Positions 11,947 to 23,823 of a stretch of DNA of 64,000 bases are shown piece by piece (the first letter of the stretch is position 1; each line of letters starts with the position of its first letter). Source of the stretch: Camelus ferus (Eukaryota); assembly GCF_009834535.1 (NCBI RefSeq), contig NC_045696.1:39742001-39806000 (forward strand), given 5' to 3'. The translations under genes and the position numbers were made by a program. The notes under the pieces were generated by a model. The model was not told the DNA's origin. It made no database searches and was given only the letters and a program-made list of their open reading frames with translations.

Positions 11947-12115
11947 CCAATCCGCGGTCGGCTCTGGTCCGTCTCCCTCTGAGCCACCCAATCAACACGT
12001 CCTCTCCGCGGTCGACCCGTTAGCTCCCCGGCCCACTCCTCGAGCGCCACCGCCCCTCATCTCTCTCTTCCAATCCCCTACGGCCTTGAGAAGCGTCCCA
12101 CCCGCCTCCCCCAAT
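11947..12115 (+). promoter_or_regulatory. Four same-orientation CCAAT(C) boxes (putative NF-Y sites)
   Basis: CCAAT at 11947, 11988, 12070 and 12111, each followed by C. Confidence 0.55.
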
Positions 12116-12233
12116 CCGGGTTCCGCCCCCAAGCTCGGGCCCCCGGCATGCCCCGCCCGGCCCGCGCGCCTGTTATTGTTGGGACCGCAGCCCGAGCAGA
12201 TCCCGCTGAGGCGGCCGCTTGCTCTGGTCAGTG

Positions 12234-12241
12234 ACTTCCGG
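12234..12241. promoter_or_regulatory. ETS-family motif ACTTCCGG (GABP/ELK-type)
   Basis: Exact ACTTCCGG / CCGGAAGT near the distal edge of the CpG island. Confidence 0.45.
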
Positions 12242-12378
12242 GACTTCCCCCATCCCGCTCTCCCTGCTCCTCAGGACCAGCTGGCTCATTGCTCCTCCCC
12301 CGCCGCACATCAGGCCACTGGAAGGGGTGGGAAACCTGGATCCTGGCTAGTTTTAGCTGGGAGCTCAGTCAAAGAGAC

Positions 12379-12600
12379 TTTTTTTTTTTTTTAATAGCAG
12401 AACGTGTTTTTTATTAAAACTACAGCCAGTTGTTGCAGCAACTCTGAGTTACAATAACAGATACAGTGTTCAGTTTTAAAAATATACATATTTCCTGTTT
12501 CCTGTGCCTTTTATTATATTTACTATATGGGGAGCAACAGCCCCTCCCCACCATATAGTAAAGTATATAACAAGATCCATGCCCCTAAAGCAGTTAAACA
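12379..12600 (-). pseudogene. Candidate retroposed 3'-UTR fragment with poly(A) tail
   Basis: Minus-strand AATAAA (12415-12410) lies 17 nt before a pure A14 run (12392-12379). The sequence is AT-rich and UTR-like. Only a weak (9/13) TSD candidate was found. Confidence 0.4.
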
Positions 12601-12611
12601 TAACATCCTGA

Positions 12612-13800
12612 CATTCATTCAGCCGTTCTACCAAGACTTGAACACCTGCTCTCTACCTGTTAAAAGTTGTAGGATTTGCAGCCATAACACAAAATTCTCT
12701 CAGGATCTTGTATTGGGGCAGAGATGGAAATACATCATGCAAGTCGGAAATAAAATAAATGATAATCAGAGTAACAAGTAATTAGATGGAGACTGTAAGG
12801 GGATGGAATGACAGAAAGAACTGGTCTCGGGAAAGGGGAATCCACAGAACTAGGCAGTGGTTGGTTTTAGGAGAAAGGTGCCATCCTGGATGTTCTTAAC
12901 ATGGGCCCCTAAGAAGACAACGGTATTATTAATCAACACAGGAACCTGGAAAGGTGGATCAGGTTGTGTGAGCAAGTGAGTAAATTTTGGATATAACTGA
13001 ATTTGGGATGTCAGTTAGTATGTGAAGTTATAAAACAGACAGGTGCCCATTTTAGTCTAAAGCTCAGGTTGAGGAGTCTCTTGAAGTTATGGGTGAGGGT
13101 CATAAGTAGATGTGATTTCAAAACTATGGAAGGGACTGATATCCTCAAATGAAAATTCAAGAGTTCGAAAGGACTTTGGAGGTCACCTTTTCATCTCCCC
13201 TGCCGGCCCCTCATACATTAAACCCATCTACCTTAATAAGCATCTATTGGATGCCTATTAAACCCTACTATGCTTTAGGCCTAATGTAGAAAGTGAGCAT
13301 ACAAAATGCAACCAGAGGAGCCTACGTTCTGTGGGGGAGGTGAACAAGTAAACAAATCCATTGCTATGGAGCCACGTTGGAGGCATGAACAGGCATCACA
13401 ATACCACAGCGGAAGGAGTTCAAGGAACCCATCAGGGGAAGTATGAAACTCCAGCTGGGTCTTGAATGAGGGGACGAAGTGAGGAAGGTGATCTCAGGCC
13501 AGAGACAAAGTAGGCTGGCTCCCAGGCACCATGGTGAATGGTGTTGATGGAGCTGAACGGGGTTACCTATTGCTGACTTAGTGGGAGTAGCTGGAGACTA
13601 GTGTGAAAAAGTGGGTAGGGACAGGATCTAAGGCAGGCAAAGAGGTCAGAAGTTTATTCTGTAACGCTGAGAATAAACTAAAAGTTTCTAAGAAAGAGTG
13701 ATAGTATCAAATTTTGATTTTAGAAAGCTCAACCAAACAGGTACGTGTGTGAGGGATGGATTGGAGTAAGAGCAACACTGGAGCCAGGAAGAGCCAGTTC
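12612..13800 (-). mobile_element. L2 LINE 3' fragments (antisense)
   Basis: cattcattcagcc... at 12613 and aataagcatctattggatgcctat...ttctgtgggggag...gggtcttgaatgag from ~13235 resemble reverse-complemented L2 3' ends. Confidence 0.55.
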
Positions 13801-16800
13801 TTGGTGGCTAATACCATTTGACAATTTCTATATGTATTCTTATGCTTCAGCTTCCTGGGTTTTGCTTTGGAAATACAGAGTATGGAACTCTGGCTAGAGA
13901 ACATCTTGGACACGACTGCTGTCCGAACAAGGTAATTATAGTTATAGCACAGATGTGGGAGAGGGTTCATTCTGTTTCTCCCCACTTCTGATCATTATTA
14001 CTCTACTGAGTTGCAAATACAGTGACAGAAGACTGCTCTGAGATGACCAAAATCTTTTAAGACCTCACACCAGTGGATACAACAGGCACTCATTTCTAGG
14101 ACAGAGCCTGGGAAAAGTGGAATTCTTGTTTATCTTATCTTTCTCACTGCCTGCATGCTGCTCTGGCCAACTCTTGTCACCTTCCTTGCCTCTGGGACTT
14201 GGTGTGCTTGGGGGTTGACAGCTGCTAAGGCAGTGGGAGCAGTATTTGTCCAGAACCATTAACCCACAGGACCCAGATGACTGGGCTGGGTCAGAACTGA
14301 GGATTCTAATCAAGACCCAAAGTGGGGAGGTCTGAAGGAGGCCATCCTCATAGCAGCCAGAGACCCCCCAGAAGCTAAAGTGCTTCCACAATGGAAGCCC
14401 AGGTCCCAGCTCCTTCCTACAGTCTCAAAAAGATGCGTTCTTTGGAGTTTTCCTTGAGGACAAGACCAACAAAGAAAACACAAACGGAGCAGTGTCTTCA
14501 CTGCACAGGAGTTCATTGACACGCACTAGAACTTGAAGCAGTCACGATGGACTCTATTCATTGACTGGTAAATGAATTAGTGGTTTGGATGAAGGCTCTG
14601 GGGAAGACTAGGGCTTTAGGAAGGGAATACCTGGGGTAGTTATATATATATACCAGAAAATTAAAATATGTATTATTTTCACGTATTTATGTTTTATTCC
14701 ATGCTAAGCAACGTAAACATATAGATTCTCAACTTAAATTTTAATTCCCAGACTTTCATCCCCTTTTTGTCCTCTCTCTCTTCCTCTTTTTCTCATTGTT
14801 TCTTTCTTCTCTTAATTGATAATGAGTGGAGGAATAGAAAAAAATGGAGTTGATCTCTAGAGAAAAGGAGAAATGTGAAATGAATGGTTCCATCCCATTA
14901 TGTCTGCTTTCAAATGAACCCCAGCTCAGCCACTGCTAAGGAAATAAGATGGAGGAAAAGAACCTGGAGGCTGGTGTCTTTGCTTCTGTCTGTACAGAAA
15001 CATCTGGGATTTGATGGTATGATACAATAAGAATCATTGGCACCATCATTGCTATTAAATGTCTGTTAAGCATTAATAAAACAGAAGAGGCTCCTTTAAT
15101 ATGGCATTTATACTGGGAACCTTGGGATGATGGTATGTTATGAATCACTGGTGGGCTTTATCAGTGACTGTATTTTTGGCAGGATAGCAGAAAGAGGGAA
15201 CAAATGAGAATTTACTTTTGTGATCTTCCAGTGGAATAGGAGAAAGAAGAATGTGGCAGTTCTAGGGAAATATTTCAAACTTCAAAGACCAGAGCCCTAA
15301 GATCTGGTTACTGTTCTCACAGGAGCCTTTCTTTGTCCTGTTGACTGTTTGGACAAATGTTTACAATCAAAATTGTGGCTAAATGTCTGAATTCTGCTGA
15401 GGAGACTCTCTTCATTTCCATGAACAGAAGTGGTTCAAATACATTTTTCTTTTTATCTTGTAAGCTTCTTTCATTTAGTCGTGTCAGTCAAATCCAGCTC
15501 TCAGGTTTATTACTCATATATTCTCAGTATTTATAAATTATTTCTTTAGGTATCTGTTATAGCAAATTTAAGACAGAAGTGTTAGGGACCTAATTTATTA
15601 TAGAAGACATTGACTTTTACTAGTGGATAATAATGTTAAATATTTTTTCTTGGCATATTTCAGCAACATGGCTGACTGTGATTATTTTCCATTTGCCCCT
15701 TCCTCGATTACAAACCATCTCTCTCTCTCTCTTTCTCCCTCTTCTCCCCGACCCCTTCCCCTTGGTTTTCCTAGGAGCATATGAAATTTAACCAATTCAC
15801 TTTCTTGTGGGTCAGAACAAGAAGGCTTCAGCTTGGGATGTTATCTCTGATGAAAGCTGCCCAGGATTTGAGTAAAAACATGAAAACTGCCCTCCATAAC
15901 CAACATTAGTGTCTAGAAATGAGAGAATTAATTATACATGAAAGGTTAGCAGAGAACGAAAAACTGAAGGGTGAACATGCCAGAGTATTTGCAATACTAT
16001 GATTTCGGTGTGCAGTCGCTGCGTGCCTCTCCTGCTCTCTTTTCCTCTGGGACCCCTGCTGGCAACACAGTCCAGAATGAGACATACAGAGATGAAATGC
16101 TGTTTGGCTTCTGAGAAACTGAGTGGTTTCATGAATTCGTGGAAACAGCTCTGGACCAGACAGTTATATCCAACTTGCACTTGAAAGTGCTGTATGACCT
16201 CTAACCTCTTTAGGCCTCAGTTTCTTTATCTGTAACAGAAGATGGTTAAAGCTCACTATATGCTTCAAAACTGACAGCTCTTCCAAATTCTCATTGTCTG
16301 TGGCTCCCTTTCATCTCACAGCCTAATTCTAAGTCCTTAATTCCTAAATCACTTCCTAGTGTAGCGGGGAGAGGAAACAAAAACTGATGTTTACAGAACT
16401 CCTCTCTGGAGAGCAGTGTCTGTGCTGAGCAAAAGCATGCTTTAAAGGGTGTGCTTCAGACCCCCTAACCCAACCCAGCAATGCCTTTAGGAACTGGGGC
16501 TGGATGAAGAGGTTCTGTGAAGAAGCAAACGGGATTGGAGGGGGAGGGTGACTTTATCAGGAAGGAGCTAGGGGAGGTCAGACGAGATAAAGCTGGCCAG
16601 CGATGTGAACAGAAGCTGGAGCTGAGGAGGGGCAAGTAGTGAAAATTCCCCAGTGGTTGGAATGCAAAGATGCTTTGAAAGATAGTGACAGTCTAATAAA
16701 TAAGTCTAGTGGTTAGCAGCATATGCCACCTCTACCCTGACTTCCTTCCAAATTCTCCACTAAGTTTACTGTAGTCAGTAGATTGGGTGAAACTTTGGGG

Positions 16801-19106
16801 AAAGGAGGGGCCCACACAAGTTAGGTGGGGGACAATCAGGTTTGTATACAGCTTATTGACTCAATAAGAAAAGGACCACCTCCTCAGGAGGTGAAATGAC
16901 AGCAGAGATTAAAAAATTCAGAGAAAGCAGGAGACTCCTGGAACCAGAGGTTTGGAGAAAATTAAACCTCCATGACCCCCCCCACCCCCCGACTTCTTAG
17001 CAAGAAACTAGGTTTCCATCCCTAGGTAAGTCAAGATATTTTAACAATTTTATTTAAGTATTAAAGGAAAAGGTGATTGTAGCAAGCTAGAAAATTTGGA
17101 ATCATCCAGGCAGCTGACATCTCAGACAAGAGAATAATAATAAAATAATTCTACTTTTTATTTTCTAAGAACCAAGAGACTAGAAATAGGGATTCTTTTT
17201 TAAAGTGCAGGTTACTTCTTTCAATGATTCCTTTTGGATCCTTTAATTAAATTTTAATTTAGACTGTTTAAACTTAGTAAGTCAGTAAAATAGGAACTAA
17301 TTTTTTTTAAATAATTGTAAAGCTTTGGAAATTCAATGTTGAAAAGAAATACCTAAGGTTTTTAAAATGAAGAAGTATATCATCCCCTTCATATCACATT
17401 CACAGACTAGCTAATGTTAACCTGCCTTTCAACACCATGAGATATAAATGAGAGTATATTACACGTTTTCATTTAAGCAGATCTTTTTATTTGGGGCATT
17501 CTATTCACCATGGTTTGTGAAATGACAGATTGTGGACTAAAAGGAAATAATATATTGTTCAGATTAACCTGACTTGCCATGAGCTTCTGCATCAATCATC
17601 AGATTTTAAAACCAAGAGAAGTAATGCTTTATATTTGACTGACATACACTATCATTTTGCTCCTGGTTAACATACTGCACAAAAGTGAACATGTTAGAGA
17701 ATTTTCTGAAGGATTGATGGCAGACCAAGATAACTCCTAGGAGAGAAACAAAGGAGAATATAATTTCGCTGACCTAGCTAAGTACTTTTTCTTTCAATCT
17801 TGAAGGACGGTACATGCCTAGTGCTCATAGAATTTTTGAATAGGACATCTTTTTCACCATATTTCTGGCATTTACTAGCAATCCCTTTAAATCAAAGCTG
17901 AGTTCCCATTTGTAGATCTGAGAATATGCGAGTTCACTTTTGATAAGTATAATCAGTATATTGGACACTACTGATTTGTCTAAAATGGAGGGTCAGGGCA
18001 GGTCTTGGTAAAAGATATAAATTATTAAGTCACAAAAAGTCATGTAGTAACACAAAATCATGGATTTCCTTTTTATCTAGGACTCATATGGAAGATGCTC
18101 AGATACAAACAACCTGATCTAATGACAAAATTTAACTATTTGTTTTACTGTTTAATTTGAAACAGTGAAAGTGGTTTTATTTCCCCCAAATCAATTACCA
18201 GACATAAGGTAATTCAGGATTTAATTTGGTCTTTTTGTCATTTGCTATTATTCACACATATATAAATAACATTAACAAAACGCTTCCTATCACAATATAA
18301 ATATATCCACTCACTCTAGATACTGTTAGGTAGTCACATATGCATGGAATTAGTTAAATAATCTACAAAATACTATCCACAACAGAGAGCCATGCTGTTC
18401 AGCCCCCAGATTTTAATAGTAACTGCAACAGTGTATATAATTAAACTGAAATTCTCTCCAAGTGAACAAACTCTTAGCCATTCATGCAAGCTTATGGCAG
18501 CTGTCCATTTAGAGAAATTATAGTTTTACATGGCCCAGAATGAAAATTTTACCACCATCTGTGTCCTAATGGAAAACAAAGGAAACAAATGAGCCATGTT
18601 TAAAGATATGTTAAAATACTACACTCAAATCCCAACTGTAATCACATATTCTCTTCTGAAAGTTACTTGCCAACATTCATATCTACATGAACATAGTCTG
18701 TGTGTAGAGAATTTAAGCTGTTCTTTACCTATCAAGATTTTCTCCTGTTCCTGGAATCATTTTCATAGTTGTGGATCTCATTCCATTCTATCATATGAAA
18801 TACACCCACCCCACCTTTATTTTCCCAAACCAAGTGAATACAAGAGGTGGCTAATGTTCATGAAAGGTAGAGTGAATAGCCTCTAAATATCTTTTTAAAA
18901 AAACTGTCTTCATGGACTTGATGTAGCTAATAAATGATAAGAAAACTGTATTTAGAAGACAATATGAATTGTCACTGATGATACCTACAGAATGTAAAAG
19001 ATCCTTGAAAAAAATGCAAAGAAGTTCATAATTCTACACCTTAAACAGTGAATGTTACGTTTTTCTCCACACTGTTTCCAAACTGATTTAAAAACAAGCT
19101 GCATAC

Positions 19107-19286
19107 GGGGAGGGTATAGCTCAGTGGTAGAGTGCATGCTTAGCATGCATGAGGTCCTGGGTTCAGTCCCCAGGACCTCTATTAAAAATAAATAAACAAA
19201 CAAACAAACAAATCTAATTATCTCCCCCACCTCAAACAACAACAAAAAATAAATAAAATGAATACCACTTAAAAATTTTTTTTAAA
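19107..19286 (+). mobile_element. tRNA-Ala(AGC)-derived camelid SINE (vic-1 type)
   Basis: Head ggggagggtatagctcagtggtagagtgcatgcttagcatgcatgaggtcctgggttcagtcccc has A and B boxes and an AGC anticodon arm. It is followed by an A-rich/(AAAC)n tail and flanked by the TSD aagctgcata (19096-19105 and 19287-19296). Confidence 0.85.
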
Positions 19287-19344
19287 AAGCTGCATAAAAA
19301 TTATGATATAATTATCTGGACTGCGGAATACATGTGCTTCCCTA

Positions 19345-19467
19345 CTGAGCTGGAAAGTACCTAGAGAATCACCTGATGGGGCTTCACAAATTCTGAGAGC
19401 TCCCTTATGGAATTCTGTGGCCTCCTTTGAGTAATGGTGGGAAAAATCTTGAGAACCATTGGGTTAG
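19345..19467. mobile_element. MER5-like hAT-Charlie MITE remnant
   Basis: agaatcacctg ... ttgagaaccattgggttaga resembles MER5 ends. Confidence 0.4.
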
Positions 19468-22079
19468 AAGATTTAATTCTGACAGTGAGGCTGTGTTGAG
19501 TTCATTAGGGTCTTTGGCTTTTTCAGATTTACATTTAAAAATCCTTATATGTCTGTTTCTGCCAAGCTTGTGTCCATTCTAAGCCATATATCTTCCATAT
19601 TCTTGTCCTTTGCTCTAAGAGTCTAAAAGAAACACTTTGATCTGTTAAGGGAACGTAGGTGACCCAGTGCCCTCTCTGTCACAATGTTGATTCACAGCTG
19701 CCAGGAGCAATGGGCAGCAAGCCAGGCTGCAGACAGTATCTAAATCTGGGCAACAGGTCAGATGTGGTGCTCACTTCATGGGCCCCTCTGTCTTGAGCAA
19801 GCAGCTCGCCTGTCACAGTGGGTACAACTTTCTCATGGTAGGAATTAGTTGCATACAATTTCCTGTCACCAGGATTCCTCAGAAGGCTGTTTGTGACCAG
19901 GATGCGGTACTCTCCTACAGCAAGTTGAGAATCATGTGCTCTAATACTGGGCCACTTCCCGTGCCCAGGGACCCCAGGCAGAAGAGGAAGAGAAAGGGAT
20001 TCACGTTTAGTGAGCATCTACCTCCGCTAGGCATTTTACACATGTGATATCACTGCTGTCTTGTGGCATCTCAGCGAAGTATAATTACTCATACACAGAC
20101 ACGCTGGTTCAGTGATTAGGCTAGGACTCAGCTGGGTTGAGACTCCAGGCCTGTCTAATGTGAGCGATTATGTTTTTTCCACTTGACCACCCTGCCTCCA
20201 TATTATCCTTGGAATTTTGCTTATATCACTCAGTGACCTAGATTTTCCCCAAAGCCTGCTACCAACAACTGGCAACAAGTACCTAACAAAAGTGAATTTT
20301 AATTTTTTTTTGTTACAAAATCGTCATTTGATACAAATGGCTTTTTTGAAAACTGTGCTAGTAAAGGTCCATTTTTATCTCTTGCATTTTCTAAAAGTTC
20401 AAAAAACAAATTCATCTTGCATATTTTGAAAGGTGTACAAGCACAGGTCTTGAAGTTGTATAGGGTTGAATTTAGTGTTCTGGGAATACTGGCATTCCTC
20501 ATCTTTGCCGAAAGGAGTCCCACAAAGGAATGAAGAATCTGAGAGATTAATTTCCAGTTAAAAATGATGGATTGAGCATACACATTTATTCCCTCCCCAA
20601 AATGATATTAAAATGACATTAGAAGAATTTGGAAAGTACATACAAAGAAGGACAAGGGCTAGAGTTTTGTAAATTGAAGGACTATGAGGCAGAAGGGCTG
20701 AAATTTAAGAATTAAAGCTGAAAATGGGGGATGAGGAGCGAATAAATGAACTACAAGACTCTAGTGCCTTTTCAGCATCCTGCTTTCACAATTCCAAAGA
20801 CCAAGCCACCATACGTATCTAAAAAAATGAATGTTCTGAAACCTACTGAGATTCTGGAACATTCTCCCATGCCAGTACTATGCTGCTTAAATTTTGTCTT
20901 GGGCCTGCTCTGGGTCTCAGTGAGCCAGGCTTGGTCAGTGGATACTTTCATCCCATATCCCTGGAGTCCCAATGCCCTGTTTGCATTTTAACAACTACTT
21001 ACTAGGTGGGCGAAAGCGTGTACTGACTTGGTGCCAGGCTAAGTGGCAGGCTATTTTCCACTGAGCCAGTCTGACAACATAAAACTGTGAAATTTTCTAA
21101 TGAGACATATGAGAATTTTGTGACAAAATAAATGGTCCTGATGGCATTTCTTTCCAACCACTGGTAGATCTTAGAATAACCCCTCATACCGTAACACTAA
21201 AAGGGAATTTCTCTGTCAAAAGTCATGCTTATGTCTCCTCTTTCCCCACCTCCCTGCCTCCCTCCTCCGTGCTTCCTTTCAGCTGGTTTGCTACATCCAA
21301 CTGCCTGAAGTCCACTCAACTTCTCCACAGTGTGGATGAATGGCGTGGTACAAGCTATGAAGCGTTACTGAAAATGACAAATACTACTTCACACTGTTGG
21401 ATTCTCTCAGCATAGATTTAAGGCTTTAGAGAATCCCTTCTGGGATCTTTTTTTTTTTTTTTTTCCTTAAATCTTACTATGAAGTGATCCACAGATCACT
21501 CCTTTAAGATCCCGGGGAATCTTAAGATCCAGGCTTTTCTTAACTGTGAATGTCATCCTACCTACATGCTTACATTCTAAGCTACTGAATTACTTGCTGC
21601 TCAAGATCATGGACTATTTTACATTAATTTTAGTGTCTCTTGCCAGTAGACAGCACCATTGTAGGTGTTTAGTAAAAGTTCGATGAATTAATAACGTATC
21701 AATGAAAGAACTGTGACTCTTTCAACTCAGAAAAATTTTCTTCTTTAGATTCTATCTAGGTATCACCCTTTATTGCCAGGTTTTGCCACTTGCTTCTGTC
21801 CTAAAGCCCATGTTAGAGGATAAAAATAAAAATTAATCTCCTATTTAGTAAAGTCTACATATTCAAGTTTCTGTTATTTGCAGCCAAATGCAATCCTAAC
21901 TGATGTGTATGTATGGGGGGAAAGGGAGAAGCACCTCAATCCTGCTGAAACAGAACATAAAGCAGGTCCACAGTGAACATATTCTAAGAGGACTTTGTAC
22001 TGAAAAGACTTTGTTATAAATTGGCTAACAGTCCCTTTCATGGATGATGAGTATAGAATTACAGTGAGGCTGCTATTCC

Positions 22080-22480
22080 CTATTTACTAATCTGACTCAA
22101 TAAATATTAAGTAATTTCTAATATGTTTAACCTCATCTCCTCAATACTATAGTAAGATATAAGTATGAATAAAGAATGGTTCTCTACTAAGCTCAAGAGA
22201 TGAATGAATCAATCAATCAAGCAAGCACTCAAATATCCTTGATACAAAGCGGAGTTCAGTGTACACAATGAAATAGATATAAAGGTAATGGATGGAGACA
22301 ATGAATTTTGTTGGAAGAATCTGGAAAGCTTCACAGAGGAGGCTTTGAAGACGGATAGGACTTCAGTAGTTGAAAGGTCAGGACACCATGGAGAGGAGAG
22401 TGGTATGACAGTGGGAATATGCCAGGTACAATCTTATGAGTTACTAGCTACCATATAGACTATCCTGTTTCTTTCCAGCT
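22080..22480 (-). mobile_element. L2 LINE 3' fragment (antisense)
   Basis: tcaataaatattaagtaatttctaatatg...ggaaagcttcacagaggaggctttgaagacggatagga is L2-like. Confidence 0.5.
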
Positions 22481-23647
22481 CCTGACAACTGTCAACATGT
22501 CATTTTAGATCACTGAGATCCCTTATTTACATTTTAACTTCAGCCACCCCTGATCCTTTCGTCAGGGAAAAATTTTATTTTTCCATTTAGTTCTAGCAAG
22601 GAAAGTAGGGACTTGAAGACGTTGTAATTTGAGGGTATTAATGTAAATGCATTCCTCATTTGTACTCACTGTCTTTGAGAGAGCCTGGAATATACTAGTA
22701 TGATATTTATTTTCCATGATGCTATGAAATATGACTGTTTTAATGACAGCAGGATTATAATAAATGCAATCTCCTTGGCTATCCTTGCCTGCTATATAAT
22801 GTGTAATGGTCTTTAACTGCACTCATTCTCAGCAGAAGATATTATACAAAGGAAGTGATAGGGCCTTTGAACCAATAAGTGTGCATTTTATGAAGTGTTC
22901 CACAGTGTGTGCGAATCCCTAATGAATCTTTGTTCACCACTTTATTCCTCTTGTCTTTTAAATGAAGTCTATGGTACATTTTGTTCCTTGAGGGTGGGGT
23001 GGAGAGATTTCCTTTCTTCAAGTTAGCCAAGTAATTAATACCATGACCTGAACAAAACCATTGAAATAGCTGAACAGACTGTGTGGGTTTCAGAAAGAAA
23101 TGTAATTAATTAAAAGTATGTATATCAAAACTTATATTCTCTACGGGCACAGAGAAGCTGGAATAATGCTACTCTTTGAGGCTGCCACAGATAGACCAAG
23201 CACTGTTCATCTCTAGAGAGTGGCATTCACATCCTCGTCTGTGGAATGGCAGCCTTGATGCTGGGTGGTGTACAACCTCCGAGGCCATGCAGAGCAGCCC
23301 CGGCCATTCTTTGAGCTGTCTTTTGTTCTGCTTATTGTAGCTGAAGGTGTCTCCTTGCCAAGTTTCCCTACGTATTTTGCCTTTCCTCCAGCTCTTACTT
23401 TTCCTGGAACCTTGGCAGTGGGATCTGTTGGCAGCTCTGTTATCCTGTACTGTATTTGGCTGTGTCCTTGAGTCCCTAGATTACCCTGCAAACTGGCATT
23501 TATATACCCACTGTCTTTGTTGGGCAATTAGTGGAGATATTTTCTTTGTGTTACCATTTTTTTTCTCCTTCTGGATGCCAAGGTCTTCCCCTGCCTGAGA
23601 CTTTTTGCTTCAAAGAGAACCATATTTTGACTCTGTGTTCTTTTATT

Positions 23648-23823
23648 AGGGGACTATATCATATACTATTGAATCAGGGACACTTTGAAATATATCATAT
23701 GGTCATCCTAATACAAAGACACAAAGACCAAACATGATTCTCTAAGAAGGAGCTGTTGATAATGAGACTGGAATAAGAGTATAAACTGGACTGTCCCGGA
23801 CACCCTGGGGTGTCTGATCACCT
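23648..23823 (+). mobile_element. MER96B-like hAT MITE (interrupted)
   Basis: 5' half agggggactatatc...cagggacactttga and 3' half ataaactggactgtcccggacaccctgggg...tgatcacc. Confidence 0.5.

Larger units (their letters stand above)
11150..12330. promoter_or_regulatory. DCBLD2: CpG island / DCBLD2 promoter and 5' UTR
   Basis: Abrupt shift to very high GC with dense CpG, against an AT-rich, CpG-depleted background. Contains GC boxes, CCAAT boxes and an ETS core, and surrounds exon 1. The exact TSS cannot be determined from sequence. Confidence 0.92.

Noticed and set aside
10891-12394. Long ORFs across the CpG island (10891-11421 +, 11311-11934 -, 11762-12394 +, 11087-11356 +)
   Set aside because: Stop-poor GC-rich DNA gives long Arg/Pro/Ala/Gly ORFs by chance. 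They have non-ATG or weak starts and no recognisable domain.
19107-19180. Functional tRNA-Ala(AGC) gene
   Set aside because: It has the ggggagggtata SINE 5' end, an imperfect acceptor stem, an A-rich tail and a TSD, so it is a SINE head.
19679-20047. Overlapping 112-aa and 89-aa ORFs in a GC-richer patch
   Set aside because: No homology recognised and no splice-bounded exon; more likely non-coding or decayed repeat.
21444-21530. T17 run followed by two small hairpins and five GATC sites
   Set aside because: Stems are only 7-10 bp, and there is no poly(A) signal or clear TSD; compatible with chance or local slippage.
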